From Eimeria praecox (lineage: Eukaryota), in contig OY986947.1 of NCBI GenBank assembly GCA_963920595.1, positions 248,001 through 312,000 of the forward strand: DNA of 64,000 nt, read 5' to 3'. Below, piece after piece: positions 1-15,764 of the stretch. Position numbers and translations under genes: made by a program. The notes below the pieces were generated by a model, which did no database searches, had not been told where the DNA came from, and saw only the letters and a list, made by a program, of their open reading frames with translations. Each line of letters opens with the position of its first letter. Position 1 is the stretch's first letter.

Positions 1-665
1 CTTCATCATATGAGGCAAGTATTGGCTCACCCATAGCAAGGGCCTAACGCGTTCTACTTTCGCTTTCCCACGCATACGCCCACTTCTGTGCATGCCATAC
101 CAACCCGAACTACAGAGGCAAACCTGAATCATTGTCAAGTCAGCTAGGCAAATGCCACGCTGCAAACGCATTAGCGACCCTCTGTGCCCTCAAGCGGCAA
201 GGCCTACCGTGATTCAGGTATAAAGGACCCAAATGAGGAGCAATCCCAAAACATTTGGCCTGTTTGCCTCATAGACAAGCTGTTGGTACGTAACACAGCC
301 ATGCACGTTCGAGGCACATGGCGGCCAAATGCCAACACGACGCTTAACTGGCAGTGCGTGTGCCACTGTGGAGCACTAACAGAAGGCAAACAAAGCAGCA
401 GGGTTCACGCCTTACTGAGCATGCACCAACTTGCTGCTGCTGCGTGGACCCGACACCACGCCGAACTCTAATGCGCTGAAAATCCAAGCAAATTCACACA
501 GCATCATTAATCAACTCGAGAGCCCTGGCCTTGTGAACGCATGAGTAATGATGGACAGTGGTTTAGGCATTTAGGTTTAGTTCAATCTCCGTACAATACC
601 GCTCGTCCACGGACTGTCTGTCATGCGGATCCGTGGTGCGCACTATAGTTGCGTTGTTGGCTTTG
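1..665 (+). repeat. Old diverged paralog of the distal part of the ~4-kb unit (equivalent to ~8053-8730)
   Basis: Colinear similarity, e.g. 'ggcaaacaaagcagcagggttcacgccttactgagcatgcaccaacttg' (~385) vs 'ggcaaaacaaagcagcaaggttcacgcccaactgagcatgcaccagcttg' (~8438); 'cgctgaaaatccaagca' and 'tccacggact' shared. Roughly 65-70% identity. Confidence 0.85.
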
Positions 666-2555
<1,890 letters not shown>

Positions 2556-2559
2556 CTCA

Positions 2560-4916
2560 GTGCGTGTGTGTCCAGATTTGCAGACGCAATGCAGTGGATG
2601 CATATGCGCAGGATGTGTAGTGAGCCTTGGCGTGCACGGAAACGAAATGATGCATCTAAAGTGGCCAGCCTTACTCCAGGACACAAGTGTTTCAGAAAGA
2701 ACTGCACTAATATGCTTGCAGCGTCCCTAATGCTCCAGTGGAGATGCGTAACGTTTCGTAAAGCCAGGGTGCCGCCAGTGGCTCGGTAGCGCAATTAACT
2801 ACGTTACAGCGGGATTTGAGCGCATGAAGCGAACGCTAGAGAAGGTAGAGCGTCACACCTTCATAGAGCAGCGTTGCACACTTTAACATGATCGTGGGAA
2901 CCGATGTACAACAGAACTTATGGAATCATTGCAAGGCTGCATCCAGCCAACACTTGCACTGGGGCGCCTGTGTGAAGCAGTTGCTCACCAGCTTTGTAAC
3001 GCCGCAGTACGTACGCATCGTGCCGAACAGTGCTGCTCACCTTCCTGCCTATAACAATATGGACAAAAGCTCTTCATCTGCATACCGAGTTCTACACCTT
3101 TTAATCGAGGGGCGGTCAGGCCATACGGTTGAAGCAGATAACGCTCGTTTCGGCAAAAAACTTGTTTGTTTGCCATCGCAGCAACTACGTTACTGTTTCA
3201 AAGCACAGAACGCACTCTCTGCATGAATACAGAGCTATGGATCAAAGATCTTCACGTCTGTGCGCGACTACTTGGCATGCCGCAAAGAGGCCGCATGAAC
3301 AACGTTAAACTCCAAGCCTACCCTCGTCACTGAGGTAGACGACAAGCATAAAAATAACTCGAACAAACTTTCGGCACTGCATAGTTCCACAGAGTCGATC
3401 CGCAGCTGTTTCTGCTACCTGCGCTTTGAACACGAAATAGATGTATTAACAAGCTTTGCCACACCAAAATGCATCTCCGCAATGGCCAGCCATTTGACAT
3501 TCAGCGGTCGAATATAACCCTCAACAGAGTATCGCGCACACGAACACTCCAGACAGTGTACCCTCTTACGCCCTGTGCCATCATCAATGCCACAGGATAC
3601 CCCTGTAAGAATCACGCGAGCACATCGTTGCGGTTGCCGCACCATGCCACCACCACACCCCTCCAGGAATTCAATCTCCAGAAGGAATCCAATCGCCAGC
3701 GTGAAACAGAATCCCCTCTCCAACCGAACTTAAGGAACAAAGCTGTCGAAATTCCGGTAGGCTACAGACGCTATCCGTGAAGCGATAGGCGCCCAAACTG
3801 AAAGGATAGCTATGGCGGTATATGCAGCAAGTTGCAAGCCGCTAAGCCCACGATGTCTACAGTCTTGCCACATGCGCTAGCCTGCTTAATGGGTAACCAG
3901 TGTACTGGCCCCAACAGAGCGCCTCCAGAAAAAAATCATCGCGTAAATATCTGCTGATTTAAGCAGTGCTGCCAGGGACAAGCTGCTTCAAGTGGCAATC
4001 ATCATGGGGTACACCAAGATCAACTGCCTCACAAAGAATGGCGCGCTTGAGACTATGGCAATAAAGCAGAATGCTAACTCAGCGGAAGCAACCATTTGCT
4101 TGCGCTGCTATTTTGCCTGCAAGCGCGAATCTCGCAGTCTGCGCTTTCTGGTGCAAAGGACGCGAATTCGCTATGCACTGCCACTGGGAGCAATGTATTC
4201 TTCAGTATTCCGGAGTTCTGCACTTCATTACACACAAACGCGTTAGACTGACGGGACCTCTTGCAGTCTGACATGAGCCACCATGTGTTAGCTGCAGGCT
4301 CTGCCAAAACTGTTATTCATTTCAGTGGCACACCGGGCACTGTGTAGCACGGTGAGCGCGCTGGCGTACGCGTGAGGGCTGTTCGGGTGTGACGCACGGT
4401 CTGAAACGCCCAGCAGCTAAATTGGCTGAAAGGTTGCGTGCACGCCACTACTACCAACACTGCTGGATAACGCGAACGGCCTGCTGTTCATGTGCTGCAC
4501 GCCGCTCCAACAATGCCACGTTGACAACTAAGCTGCCACAAAGATAAGTAAGTGCCAGTTCATGCAGTTGGGGTAGGGGGATATTCACCCAAGTACTATT
4601 GTTGCTTGGGTAGCGCTACATTCGCGAACTATTCGTTTGTCGCCAGATGCAGCCGAGGTAGTTGGCTTTCAAGCGATCGCCCAAACGACGGAAGCATTTC
4701 AAGGGAGCCTTATCCTTGAACTTTCGCAAGTCAGGTGAAATGCAGGTTCCGTGCCTGCGTACTGGCGCAGCCACCTGATTCCGGCTGCCCCGACGCAGTA
4801 TGTGCCAACGCTTTAACAGGCAACCCAATGCTGTTGGGTATTCTTGCCAGTCCAGGCATATCAAACCCCAATAGTGCCTGTAGCGGGACGCGCCCTACTC
4901 AACCATACAAAAGCTC
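2560..4916 (+). repeat. Old diverged paralog of the ~4-kb unit, continued (roughly equivalent to 8740-8910 plus 4917-7160)
   Basis: Colinear matches at offset ~2230-2270: 'tcaggccatacggttgaag' (~3117) vs 'tcaggccatgcagctgaag' (~5349); 'gcttgcgctgct...gaattcgctatgc' (~4098-4176) vs ~6368-6446; 'aagctgccaca...gttcatgcag' (~4530) vs ~6796; 'cttgaactttcgcaag' vs 'cttgaactttagcaag'. Confidence 0.8.
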
Positions 4917-7900
4917 AGCAACGAATGCCTCCATAACAGTGCCAAAATCTCCAAAGATCCATTGATGATGGAAGCCCAGCTCATTACGCCTCCCTGCCGT
5001 CAGTGACTTTGCAGCCCAAATGTGCTAGCTAGTCAATGATGTTAGCAAACGGCACAGGCCGCCCCACGTGCACAGAGCTATATGAAAGTATGAGTCGGCT
5101 GGCAGAAAAGCGTATGGCCTGCTCGGTAGGCTGCATCCAGTATGCATCAGCACTTTAACGCCCTTTGGCGCCCTCTGCTCACCAGCTTCAGCAAACCGTA
5201 TTAAGCACCGTAGCGAGCGAGAATGGTATTACAAATGCGCCCCATCTGCATTCAACCTACACATGCTGACACAACCTATACCTCGATCTATATCCTCTCC
5301 TAACTGTAGTTATGTTCGTAGCAGAACTTGGCAAACTACACAAACTGTTCAGGCCATGCAGCTGAAGATGCTGGCGCGTCCTGTGGCCAGCAAGCATGTG
5401 CGTGCCTAGTTCCATGGAAGGCGACACTGTTCCGACATCCTGACGCACGGTCTGCCCGAACACAAAGCTTGTGAAATACGCAACTCAGCGTACGCTTGGG
5501 GGTGCTGGGCACGCAACAGATATGCCGCACCAACAGCTTCAAATCCAGTGTGAGCCCAAGCCACTAACGCAGGTGACAAGCAAAGCAGCAACTCCATCAA
5601 GCGCTCAGCACTACGCAGTTCTACAGAATCGTTGTGCACCTGGATCTGCAGGCGCCGCTTTGCAGATGGAATTTAGTTGGATTATCAAGTTTTGCCACAG
5701 CTGCATACACATCCGCAATGTGCAGGGCCTTCGCATTCAGCGCTCAAGCATATACCCCCCCAGACTATGGCGTACACGATTACTCCATCCTGTCCATCCT
5801 CTTACAACCTGTACCAGGCTCAATGCCACAAGCTATCCATGGTAGGAAGGAACGGGAGCACCGCGACCACGCCATATTCACACCACGTACCCCCAGGAGT
5901 TCATTTGCACCCCCCCAAAATTATGTCAGCCTCCCAAACCCCAATCCACAACGCTGACCCTGAAGAAAAAAAGCCATCGATACTGCCGTAGAGTACACTG
6001 CCTTCATTGCTAGTGAGCAAGCTCTTTCGTGAGTCAGGCTACCCCTAACGAGCTAGCCGCATATACTGGCAAGGTGGCTACGGCAGCAGACTCTGGAAGA
6101 TGCACGCCCCTACGCTCACAACGTCTACGGACTTGCTGTTCTTGCTGAAGCGCCTAAAACGTCACTGTTCAGCCGCCTTTAATCGCATGCAGCTAACAAC
6201 CGTCAGTGCATAAATCTCTGCTGGCCCACAGCACCGTGCTGCCTCAGACAAGCTGCTTTAGCCTGCAACCGTCACAAGCTTTCGCATAAAGAGATGCCAC
6301 ACAGAAACCAGCACGAAGGACAGTATGGCAACCCGTTAACAAACCAGAACAGCGAATGCAATGATCTGCTTGCGCTGCTGTTCCGCCTCCACGCGCACAC
6401 CGAGCAGCGCGCGCTAGGTGCTGCAAAGCAGGTGAATTCGCTATGCTCCGCGACTAGAAATACTGCACTCATGAGCTCATGAGTCCCGTAGTGCAGCCTC
6501 CACAGTCTCGGCTAATTAGACACGCTAGCAGCCATCTCGTCTAACACCCACCAAACTATGTGTACGGCTTCCCCAGCTAGGGCGGTCATTCATACTGGCA
6601 GCAGACGCGTCGCTGTGTGACAAGCTGAGGGCGCGTTAGGGTACACCTGTGTGCTGTTGCGGGGTGACGGACGGCCTGGAATTTTGTAGCACCCACACAG
6701 CTGAAATGGTTGCATGCTTGTCACCCCCACGGCCACTATCGACTAACGCCAGCAGTATGCCGGACGGCGCACCATCAGCGTCGCATTCTCAACAAAGCTG
6801 CCACAACAGCGGGTAACAGTTGGTTCATGCAGCTCCGCCAAGAACCAATTTACTCAAATATTGTACACTCGCCAATCTGCGCTGAGTCAGCAAGCCCACA
6901 AAAAATGAAATAAGCACTGGCAGCTGCTTCAGAGAAACCGCGGGCTTGAACTTTAGCAAGCCGTCCGCGCTGAAGCATCTCCACAGCCTTAATGGCCCCG
7001 CTATTCGTTGCCGCCAGGCCTGCAATAATAGCACCAGCGCCTAGCAGATGCTGAAGGCATCATTGCTCTGGCCGGCCAACAAGTCCTCTCGTGTAATTTT
7101 GGAATCCGAGCATACCTTCTGGAGCCAGGCCAACATCACATTCCCTACTGCAAACATGGTGGCTGTGAATTGAAGGGGTGCGAGTTATGCAAAGAAGTCG
7201 AACGCAAGCTCTTCCGGCCTACTCTATGAACCTATGCGCAATCTGTGAAAAAGGATCCAGTCGTCAAGAACGTAAACAGCAGCAAGGACCGACGAGGCAG
7301 TATTGCTGTTGCCGTCCAAGATTTCAAACGCATGTGCGTGGGAATAAGGACGACTGCGCTTGCCGCTGGCACACAGATATCAGCAACAGGAAAAGCGCAT
7401 TTCTGGGAAGAGCGGCTACAATGCGTGGCATATGCGACCTATCCGCCCAGGTGAACAAAGCTTAATGCGTGCTTAGCGCGTCTCTACCAGACTCCCTGCG
7501 CTTGCCGAGCATTGCTTAACCAAAGCTCAATAAACCAACCCTATCCCTAATATCGCCCACAAAATTCACTTTGTGCTGAGAAGCTGCTGACAGACGCCTC
7601 TGCATCTCTCTCATGCCTCTGTCTCATACCGTACACAGCATGAGCGCTCAAGATACCTACTATCGCAAACCCGCTGGCTTTGCGCTCAGGGCGCTTCTTT
7701 ACCAAAGCCCGCAACGCGTACGTGAAGTCGCACGCCGCTGTCCCCCTTCCGGTTTTCAAGTGTCTCTCAGTGCTAGATGCATAATTCACACAAAAGCAAA
7801 TTAAGCTACCACAGCATTCCGAAGTCTGCTCCACCTTGCATTTTGCCTCACATTTCTCATTCAAGGCTAGTCAAACGATTCCCCTGATTCCATTGGCCCG

Positions 7901-8909
7901 GTTTCCAGACAAACGCTGCAGCGGCTGCAACTTCGGGTAGCTGTGATTCTGCTTTCTGGTGTCGTACCTCCTGCGAGGGCGGGAAACAAGCGTGGAAGCA
8001 AACTGCCTTCCTGTTGCGGGCGCGCACTATAACTACACCACACTCAGGTAAGCTTCATTCAACTCGGCAACGAATGGCTCGCCCACAGTTGGGGCCCAAC
8101 GCATTCTATGTCCGCCTTTTCATGCATAGGCGCACCTGGAAGCATGCCATTCCAACCGACAAAACATAAACAAACCCGAACTTCAGTCAACTCCGCCAGT
8201 CCACTGCCACGCTGCGAAACATTTCGCGGTCCTCTGCCGTACTCAAATGACAAGGCGTAGCGCGAAGTGAGTTAAAAGGACCAAATAAAGAGCATTCCCG
8301 AAATACCAGCCCCTCTGTTCTACAGCAACAGGTTGCCGTTAGGCACGGAGTCTCCTACACAGGAGGCTCATGCCGAGAAAATGTCAAGCACGAGGCGTAT
8401 GTGGAAATGCCTGCGAGACAGTAGTGCACTCGCAGGAGGCAAAACAAAGCAGCAAGGTTCACGCCCAACTGAGCATGCACCAGCTTGGTGCTACTGCTTG
8501 GAAAATGTGCTGACTCCAAATACGCTGAAAATCCAAGCAGGGCCGCACAACCGCAATGATTCACTAGAGGCCCTTCTTCCCATGAACGGCCAAGCAATGA
8601 GGACCAGTGGCTTAGCAGAATCTTTTCTGTTCAGCCTTCTAATAATACCAAGCATCCACGGACTTTCTGGTGTACGGAATGAACGCTTTGATACAAGACG
8701 AGATGCGTGCTATTACTTGCTGATGGCATTTGAGCTGGTTGAGGCCCCCATGAGTGAGGTGGAGTTTAGATCCTCTGTTTGTTGAATAAATTTGATGCTC
8801 CCATACAGATTGTCTGGCTAGCCTTAGCGTGCGTACAAGGACATCCCAAAACCTTTGGGACCAATGATACTTATTGCGAGCCCAGGCTTACCCTATGATG
8901 CAAACACTA
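4917..8909 (+). repeat. ~4-kb tandem unit, copy 1 (3993 bp)
   Basis: Starts 'agcaacgaatgcctccataacagtgcc', which recurs at 8910 and 13502. Identical ORF translations at offset 3994. Confidence 0.97.
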
Positions 8910-11900
8910 AGCAACGAATGCCTCCATAACAGTGCCAAAATCTCCAAAGATCCATTGATGATGGAAGCCCAGCTCAATACGCCTCCCTGCCGTCAGTGAC
9001 TTTGCAGCCCAAATGCGCTAGCTAGTCAATGATGTTAGCAAACGGCACAGGCCGCCCCACGTGCACAGAGCTATATGAAAGTATGAGTCGGCTGGCAGAA
9101 AAGCGTATGGCCTGCCCGGTAGGCTGCATCCAGTATGCATCAGCACTTTAGCGCCCTTTGGCGCCCTCTGCTCACCAGCTTCAGCAAACCGTATTAAGCA
9201 CCGTAGCGAGCGAGAATGGTATTTACAAATGCGCCCCATCTGCATTCAACCTACACATGCTGACACAACCTATACCTCGATCTATATCCTCTCCTAACTG
9301 TAGTTATGTTCGTAGCAGAACTTGGCAAACTACACAAACTGTTCAGGCCATGCAGCTGAAGATGCTGGCGCGTCCTGTGGCCAGCAAGCATGTGCGTGCC
9401 TAGTTCCATGGACGGCGACACTGTTCCCAAATCAAGAACAACGCGCTGCCCGAACACAAAGGTTGTGAATTACGCAGCTCAGCGTACGCTTGGGGGTGCT
9501 GGGCACGCAACAGATATGCCGCACCAACAGCTTCAAATCCAGTGTGAGCCCAAGCCACTAACGCAGGTGACAAGCAAAGCAGCAACTCCATCAAGCGCTC
9601 AGCACTACGCAGTTCTACAGAATCGTTGTGCACCTGGATCTGCAGGCGCCGCTTTGCAGATGGAATTTAGTTGGATTATCAAGTTTTGCCACAGCTGCAT
9701 ACACATCCGCAATGTGCAGGGCCTTCGCATTCAGCGCTCAAGCATATACCCCCCCAGACTATGGCGTACACGATTACTCCATCCTGTCCATCCTCTTACA
9801 ACCTGTACCAGGCTCAATGCCACAAGCTATCCATGGTAGGAAGGAACGGGAGCACCGCGACCACGCCATATTCACACCACGTACCCCCAGGAGTTCATTT
9901 GCACCCCCCCAAAATTATGTCAGCCTCCCAAACCCCAATCCACAACGCTGACCCTGAAGAAAAAAAGCCATCGATACTGCCGTAGAGTACACTGCCTTCA
10001 TTGCTAGTGAGCAAGCTCTTTCGTGAGTCAGGCTACCCCTAACGAGCTAGCCGCATATACTGGCAAGGTGGCTACGGCAGCAGACTCTGGAAGATGCACG
10101 CCCCTACGCTCACAACGTCTACGGACTTGCTGTTCTTGCTGAAGCGCCTAAAACGTCACTGTTCAGCCGCCTTTAATCGCATGCAGCTAACAACCGTCAG
10201 TGCATAAATCTCTGCTGGCCCACAGCACCGTGCTGCCTCAGACAAGCTGCTTTAGCCTGCAACCGTCACAAGCTTTCGCATAAAGAGATGCCACACAGAA
10301 ACCAGCACGAAGGACAGTATGGCAACCCGTTAACAAACCAGAACAGCGAATGCAATGATCTGCTTGCGCTGCTGTTCCGCCTCCACGCGCACACCGAGCA
10401 GCGCGCGCTAGGTGCTGCAAAGCAGGTGAATTCGCTATGCTCCGCGACTAGAAATACTGCACTCATGAGCTCATGAGTCCCGTAGTGCAGCCTCCACAGT
10501 CTCGGCTAACTAGACACGCTAGCAGCCATCTCGTCTAACACCCACCAAACTATGTGTACGGCTTCCCCAGCTAGGGCGGTCATTCATACTGGCAGCAGAC
10601 GCGTCGCTGTGTGACAAGCTGAGGGCGCGTTAGGGTACACCTGTGTGCTGTTGCGGGGTGACGGACGGCCTGGAATTTTGTAGCACCTACACAGCTGAAA
10701 TGGTTGCATGCTTGCCACCCCCACGGCCACTATCGACTAACACCAGCAGTATGCCGGACGGCGCACCATCAGCGTCGCATTCTCAACAAAGCTGCCACAA
10801 CAGCGGGTAACAGTTGGTTCATGCAGCTCCGCCAAGAACCAATTTACTCAAATATTGTACACTCGCCAATCTGCGCTGAGTCAGCAAGCCCACAAAAAAT
10901 GAAATAAGCACTGGCAGCTGCTTCAGAGAAACCGCGGGCTTGAACTTTAGCAAGCCGTCCGCGCTGAAGCATCTCCGCAGCCTTAATGGCCCCGCTATTC
11001 GTTGCTGTCAGGCCTGCAATAATAGCACCAGCGCCTAGCAGAAGCTGAAGGCATCATTGCTCTGGCCGGCCAACAAATCCTCTCGTGTAATTTTGGAATC
11101 CGAGCATACCACCTGGAGCCAGGCCAACCTCACATTCCCTACTGCAAACATGGTGGCTGTGAATTGCAGGGGTGCGAGTTATGCAAAGAAGCCGAACGCA
11201 AGCTCTGCCGGCCTACTCTATGAACCTATGCGCAATCTGTGAAAAAGGATCCAGTCGTCAAGAACGTAAACAGCAGCAAGGACCGACGAGGCAGTATTGC
11301 TGTTGCCGTCCAAGATTTCAAACGCATGTGCGTGGGAATAAGGACGACTGCGCTTGCCGCTGGCACACAGATATCAGCAACAGGAAAAGCGCATTTCTGG
11401 GAAGAGCGGCTACAATGCGTGGCATATGCGACCTATCCGCGTGGGTTAAGAAAGCTCAATGCGTGCTTAGCTCGCCTCTACCAGAATCCACGTGCATGCC
11501 GAGCACTACTTGACCAGAGCTCAATAAATCTATCCTCTCCCTAGCATCGATCGCAAACTTCACATGCTATGTATGCACCCTTAGTGGGCCCGCTATTCGT
11601 TGCCGCCAGGCCTGCAATAACAGCACCAGCGCCTAGCAGAAGCTGAAGGCATCATTGCTCTGGCCGGCCAACAAATCCTCTCGTGTAATTTCGGAATCCC
11701 AGCATACCTCCTGGAGCCAGGCCAACATCACATTCCCTACTGCAAACATGGCGGCTGTGAATTGAAGGGGTGCGAGTTATGCAAAGAAGTCGAACGCAAG
11801 CTCTGCCGGCCTACTCTATGAACCTATGCGCAATCTGTGAAAAAGGATCCAGTCGTCAAGAACGTAAACAGCAGCAAGGACCGACGAGGCAGTATTGCTG

Positions 11901-13501
11901 TTGCCGTCCAAGATTTCAAACGCATGTGCGTGGGAATAAGGACGACGGCGCTTGCCGCTGGCACACAGATATCAGCAACAGGAAAAGCGCATTTCTGGGA
12001 AGAGCGGCTACAATGCGTGGCATATGCGACCTATCCGCCCAGGTGAACAAAGCTTAATGCGTGCTTAGCGCGTCTCTACCAGACTCCCTGCGCTTGCCGA
12101 GCATTGCTTAACCAAAGCTCAATAAACCAACCCTATCCCTAATATCGCCCACAAAATTCACTTTGTGCTGAGAAGCTGCTGACAGACGCCTCTGCATCTC
12201 TCTCATGCCTCTGTCTCATACCGTACACAGCATGAGCGCTCAAGATACCTACTATCGCAAACCCGCTGGCTTTGCGCTCAGGGCGCTTCTTTACCAAAGC
12301 CCGCAACGCGTACGTGAAGTCGCACGCCGCTGTCCCCCTTCCGGTTTTCAAGTGTCTCTCAGTGCTAGATGCATAATTCACACAAAAGCAAATTAAGCTG
12401 CCACAGCATTCCGAAGTCTGCTCCACCTTGCATTTTGCCTCACATTTCTCATTCAAGGCTAGTCAAACGATTCCCCTGATTCCATTGGCCCGGTTTCCAG
12501 ACAAACGCTGCAGCGGCTGCAACTTCGGGTAGCTGTGATTCTGCTTTCTGGTGTCGTACGTCCTGCGAGGGCGGGAAACAAGCGTGGAAGCAAACTGCCT
12601 TCCTGTTGCGGGCGCGCACTATAACTACACCACACTCAGGTAAGCTTCATTCAACTCGGCAACGAATGGCTCGCCCACAGTTGGGGCCCAACGCATTCTA
12701 TGTCCGCCTTTTCATGCATAGGCGCACCTGGAAGCATGCCATTCCAACCGACAAAACATAAACAAACCCGAACTTCAGTCAACTCCGCCAGTCCACTGCC
12801 ACGCTGCGAAACATTTCGCGGTCCTCTGCCGTACTCAAATGACAAGGCGTAGCGCGAAGTGAGTTAAAAGGACCAAATAAAGAGCATTCCCGAAATACCA
12901 GAACCTCTGTTCTACAGCAACAGGTTGCCGTTAGGCACGGAGTCTCCTACACAGGAGGCTCATGCCGAGAAAATGTCAAGCACGAGGCGTATGTGGAAAT
13001 GCCTGCGAGACAGTAGTGCACTCGCAGGAGGCAAAACAAAGCAGCAAGGTTCACGCCCAACTGAGCATGCACCAGCTTGGTGCTACTGCTTGGAAAATGT
13101 GCTGACTCCAAATACGCTGAAAATCCAAGCAGGGCCGCACAACCGCAATGATTCACTAGAGGCCCTTCTTCCCATGAACGGCCAAGCAATGAGGACCAGT
13201 GGCTTAGCAGAATCTTTTCTGTTCAGCCTTCTAATAATACCAAGCATCCACGGACTTTCTGGTGTACGGAATGAACGCTTTGATACAAGACGAGATGCGT
13301 GCTATTACTTGCTGATGGCATTTGAGCTGGTTGAGGCCCCCATGAGTGAGGTGGAGTTTAGATCCTCTGTTTGTTGAATAAATTTGATGCTCCCATACAG
13401 ATTGTCTGGCTAGCCTTAGCGTGCGTACAAGGACATCCCAAAACCTTTGGGACCAATGATACTTATTGCGAGCCCAGGCTTACCCTATGATGCAAACACT
13501 A
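8910..13501 (+). repeat. ~4-kb tandem unit, copy 2 (4592 bp, with 598-bp internal duplication)
   Basis: About 99% identical to copy 1. Offset changes from 3994 to 4592 across 10989-11586. Confidence 0.97.
10989..12184 (+). repeat. Internal 598-bp tandem duplication in copy 2
   Basis: 'cccgctattcgttgc...' at ~10991 and ~11589; ORFs at 11172 and 11770 are offset by 598. Confidence 0.93.
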
Positions 13502-15764
13502 AGCAACGAATGCCTCCATAACAGTGCCAAAATCTCCAAAGATCCATTGATGATGGAAGCCTAGCTCAATACGCCTCCCTGCCGTCAGTGACTTTGCAGC
13601 CCAAATGCGCTAGCTAGTCAATGATGTTAGCAAACGGCACAGGTCGTCGTACTGGCAGCAGACGCGTCGCTGTGTGACAAGCTGAGGGCGCGTTAGGGTA
13701 CACCTGTGTGCTGTTGCGGGGTGGCGGACGGCCTGGAATTTTGTAGCACCTACACAGCTGAAATGGGTGCATGCTTGTCACCCCCACGGCCACTATCGAC
13801 TAACACCAGCAGTATGCCGGACGGCGCACCATCAGCGTCGCATTCTCAACAAAGCTGCCACAACAGCGGGTAACACTTGGTTCATGCAGCTCCGCCAAGA
13901 ACCAATTTACTCAAATATTGTACACTCGCCAATCTGCGCTGAGTCAGCAAGCCCACAAAAAATGAAATAAGCACTGGCAGCTGCTTCAGAGAAACCGCGG
14001 GCTTGAACTTTAGCAAGCCGTCCGCGCTGAAGCATCTCCGCAGCCTTAATGGCCCCGCTATTCGTTGCCGCCAGGCCTGCAATAATAGCACCAGCGCCTA
14101 GCAGAAGCTGAAGGCATCATTGCTCTGGCCGGCCAACAAGTCCTCTCGTGTAATTTCGGAATCCGAGCATACCTCCTGGAGCCAGGCCAACATCGCATTC
14201 CCTACTGCAAACATGGTGGCTGTGAATTGAAGGGGTGCGAGTTATGCAAAGAAGTCGAACGCAAGCTCTTCCGGCCTACTCTATGAACCTATGCGCAATC
14301 TGTGAAAAAGGATCCAGTCGTCAAGAACGTAAACAGCAGCAAGGACCGACGAGGCAGTATTGCTGTTGCCGTCCAAGATTTCAAACGCATGTGCGTGGGA
14401 ATAAGGACGACGGCGCTTGCCGCTGGCACACAGATATCAGCAACAGGAAAAGCGCATTTCTGGGAAGAGCGGCTACAATGCGTGGCATATGCGACCTATC
14501 CGCCCAGGTGAACAAAGCTTAATGCGTGCTTAGCGCGTCTCTACCAGACTCCCTGCGCTTGCCGAGCACTGCTTAACCAAAGCTCAATAAACCAACCCTA
14601 TCCCTAACATCGCCCACAAAATTCACTTTGTGCTGAGAAGCTGCTGACAGATGCCTCTGCATCTCTCTCATGTCTCTGTCTCATACCGTACACAGCATGA
14701 GCGCTCAAGATACCTACTATCGCAAACCCGCTGGCTTTGCGCTCAGGGCGCTTCTTTACCAAAGCCCGCAACGCGTACGTGAAGTCGCACGCCGCTGTCC
14801 CCCTTCCGGTTTTCAAGTGTCTCTCAGTGCTAGATGCATAATTCACACAAAAGCAAATTAAGCTACCACAGCATTCCGAAGTCTGCTCCACCTTGCATTT
14901 TGCCTCACATTTCTCATTCAAGGCTAGTCAAACGATTCGCCTGATTCCATTGGCCCGGTTTCCAGACAAACGCTGCAGCGGCTGCAACTTCGGGTAGCTG
15001 TGATTCTGCTTTCTGGTGTCGTACCTCCTGCGAGGGCGGGAAACAAGCGTGGAAGCAAACTGCCTTCCTGTTGCGGGCGCGCACTATAACTACACCACAC
15101 TCAGGTAAGCTTCATTCAACTCGGCAACGAATGGCTCGCCCACAGTTGGGGCCCAACGCATTCTATGTCCGCCTTTTCGTGCATAGGCGCACCTGGAAGC
15201 ATGCCATTCCAACCGACAAAACATAAACAAACCCGAACTTCAGTCAACTCCGCCAGTCCACTGCCACGCTGCGAAACATTTCGCGGTCCTCTGCCGTACT
15301 CAAATGGCAAGGCGTAGCGCGAAGTGAGTTAAAAGGACCAAATAAAGAGCATTCCCGAAATACCAGAACCTCTGTTCTACAGCAACAGGTTGCCGTTAGG
15401 CACGGAGTCTCCTACACAGGAGGCTCATGCCGAGAAAATGTCAAGCACGAGGCGTATGTGGAAATGCCTGCGAGACAGTAGTGCACTCGCAGGAGGCAAA
15501 ACAAAGCAGCAAGGTTCACGCCCAACTGAGCATGCACCAGCTTGGTGCTACTGCTTGGAAAATGTGCTGACTCCAAATACGCTGAAAATCCAAGCAGGGC
15601 CGCACAACCGCAATGATTCACTAGAGGCCCTTCTTCCCATGAACGGCCAAGCAATGAGGACCAGTGGCTTAGCAGAATCTTTTCTGTTCAGCCTTCTAAT
15701 AATACCAAGCATCCACGGACTTTCTGGTGTACGGAATGAACGCTTTGATACAAGACGAGATGCG
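13502..15764 (+). repeat. ~4-kb tandem unit, copy 3 (internally deleted by ~1.53 kb)
   Basis: Matches unit start to 'aaacggcacagg' (~13643), then resumes at 'tactggcagcagacgcg' (copy-1 ~6593). Offset to copy 1 falls from 8585 to 7057. Identity ends after 'gacgagatgcg' at ~15764. Confidence 0.95.

Noticed and set aside
562..580. Telomere-like 'tttaggcatttaggtttag'
   Set aside because: Too short and imperfect, and it lies within a diverged repeat copy.
4587..4611. Hairpin 'acccaagta-ctattgt-tgcttgggt'
   Set aside because: A single short stem that is not conserved in the paralogous copies; compatible with chance.
4917..15764. LTR retrotransposon or duplicated protein-coding gene
   Set aside because: No gag/RT/integrase motifs, TG..CA termini or PBS seen; only short non-homologous ORFs. 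A spliced gene cannot be strictly excluded without RNA-seq.
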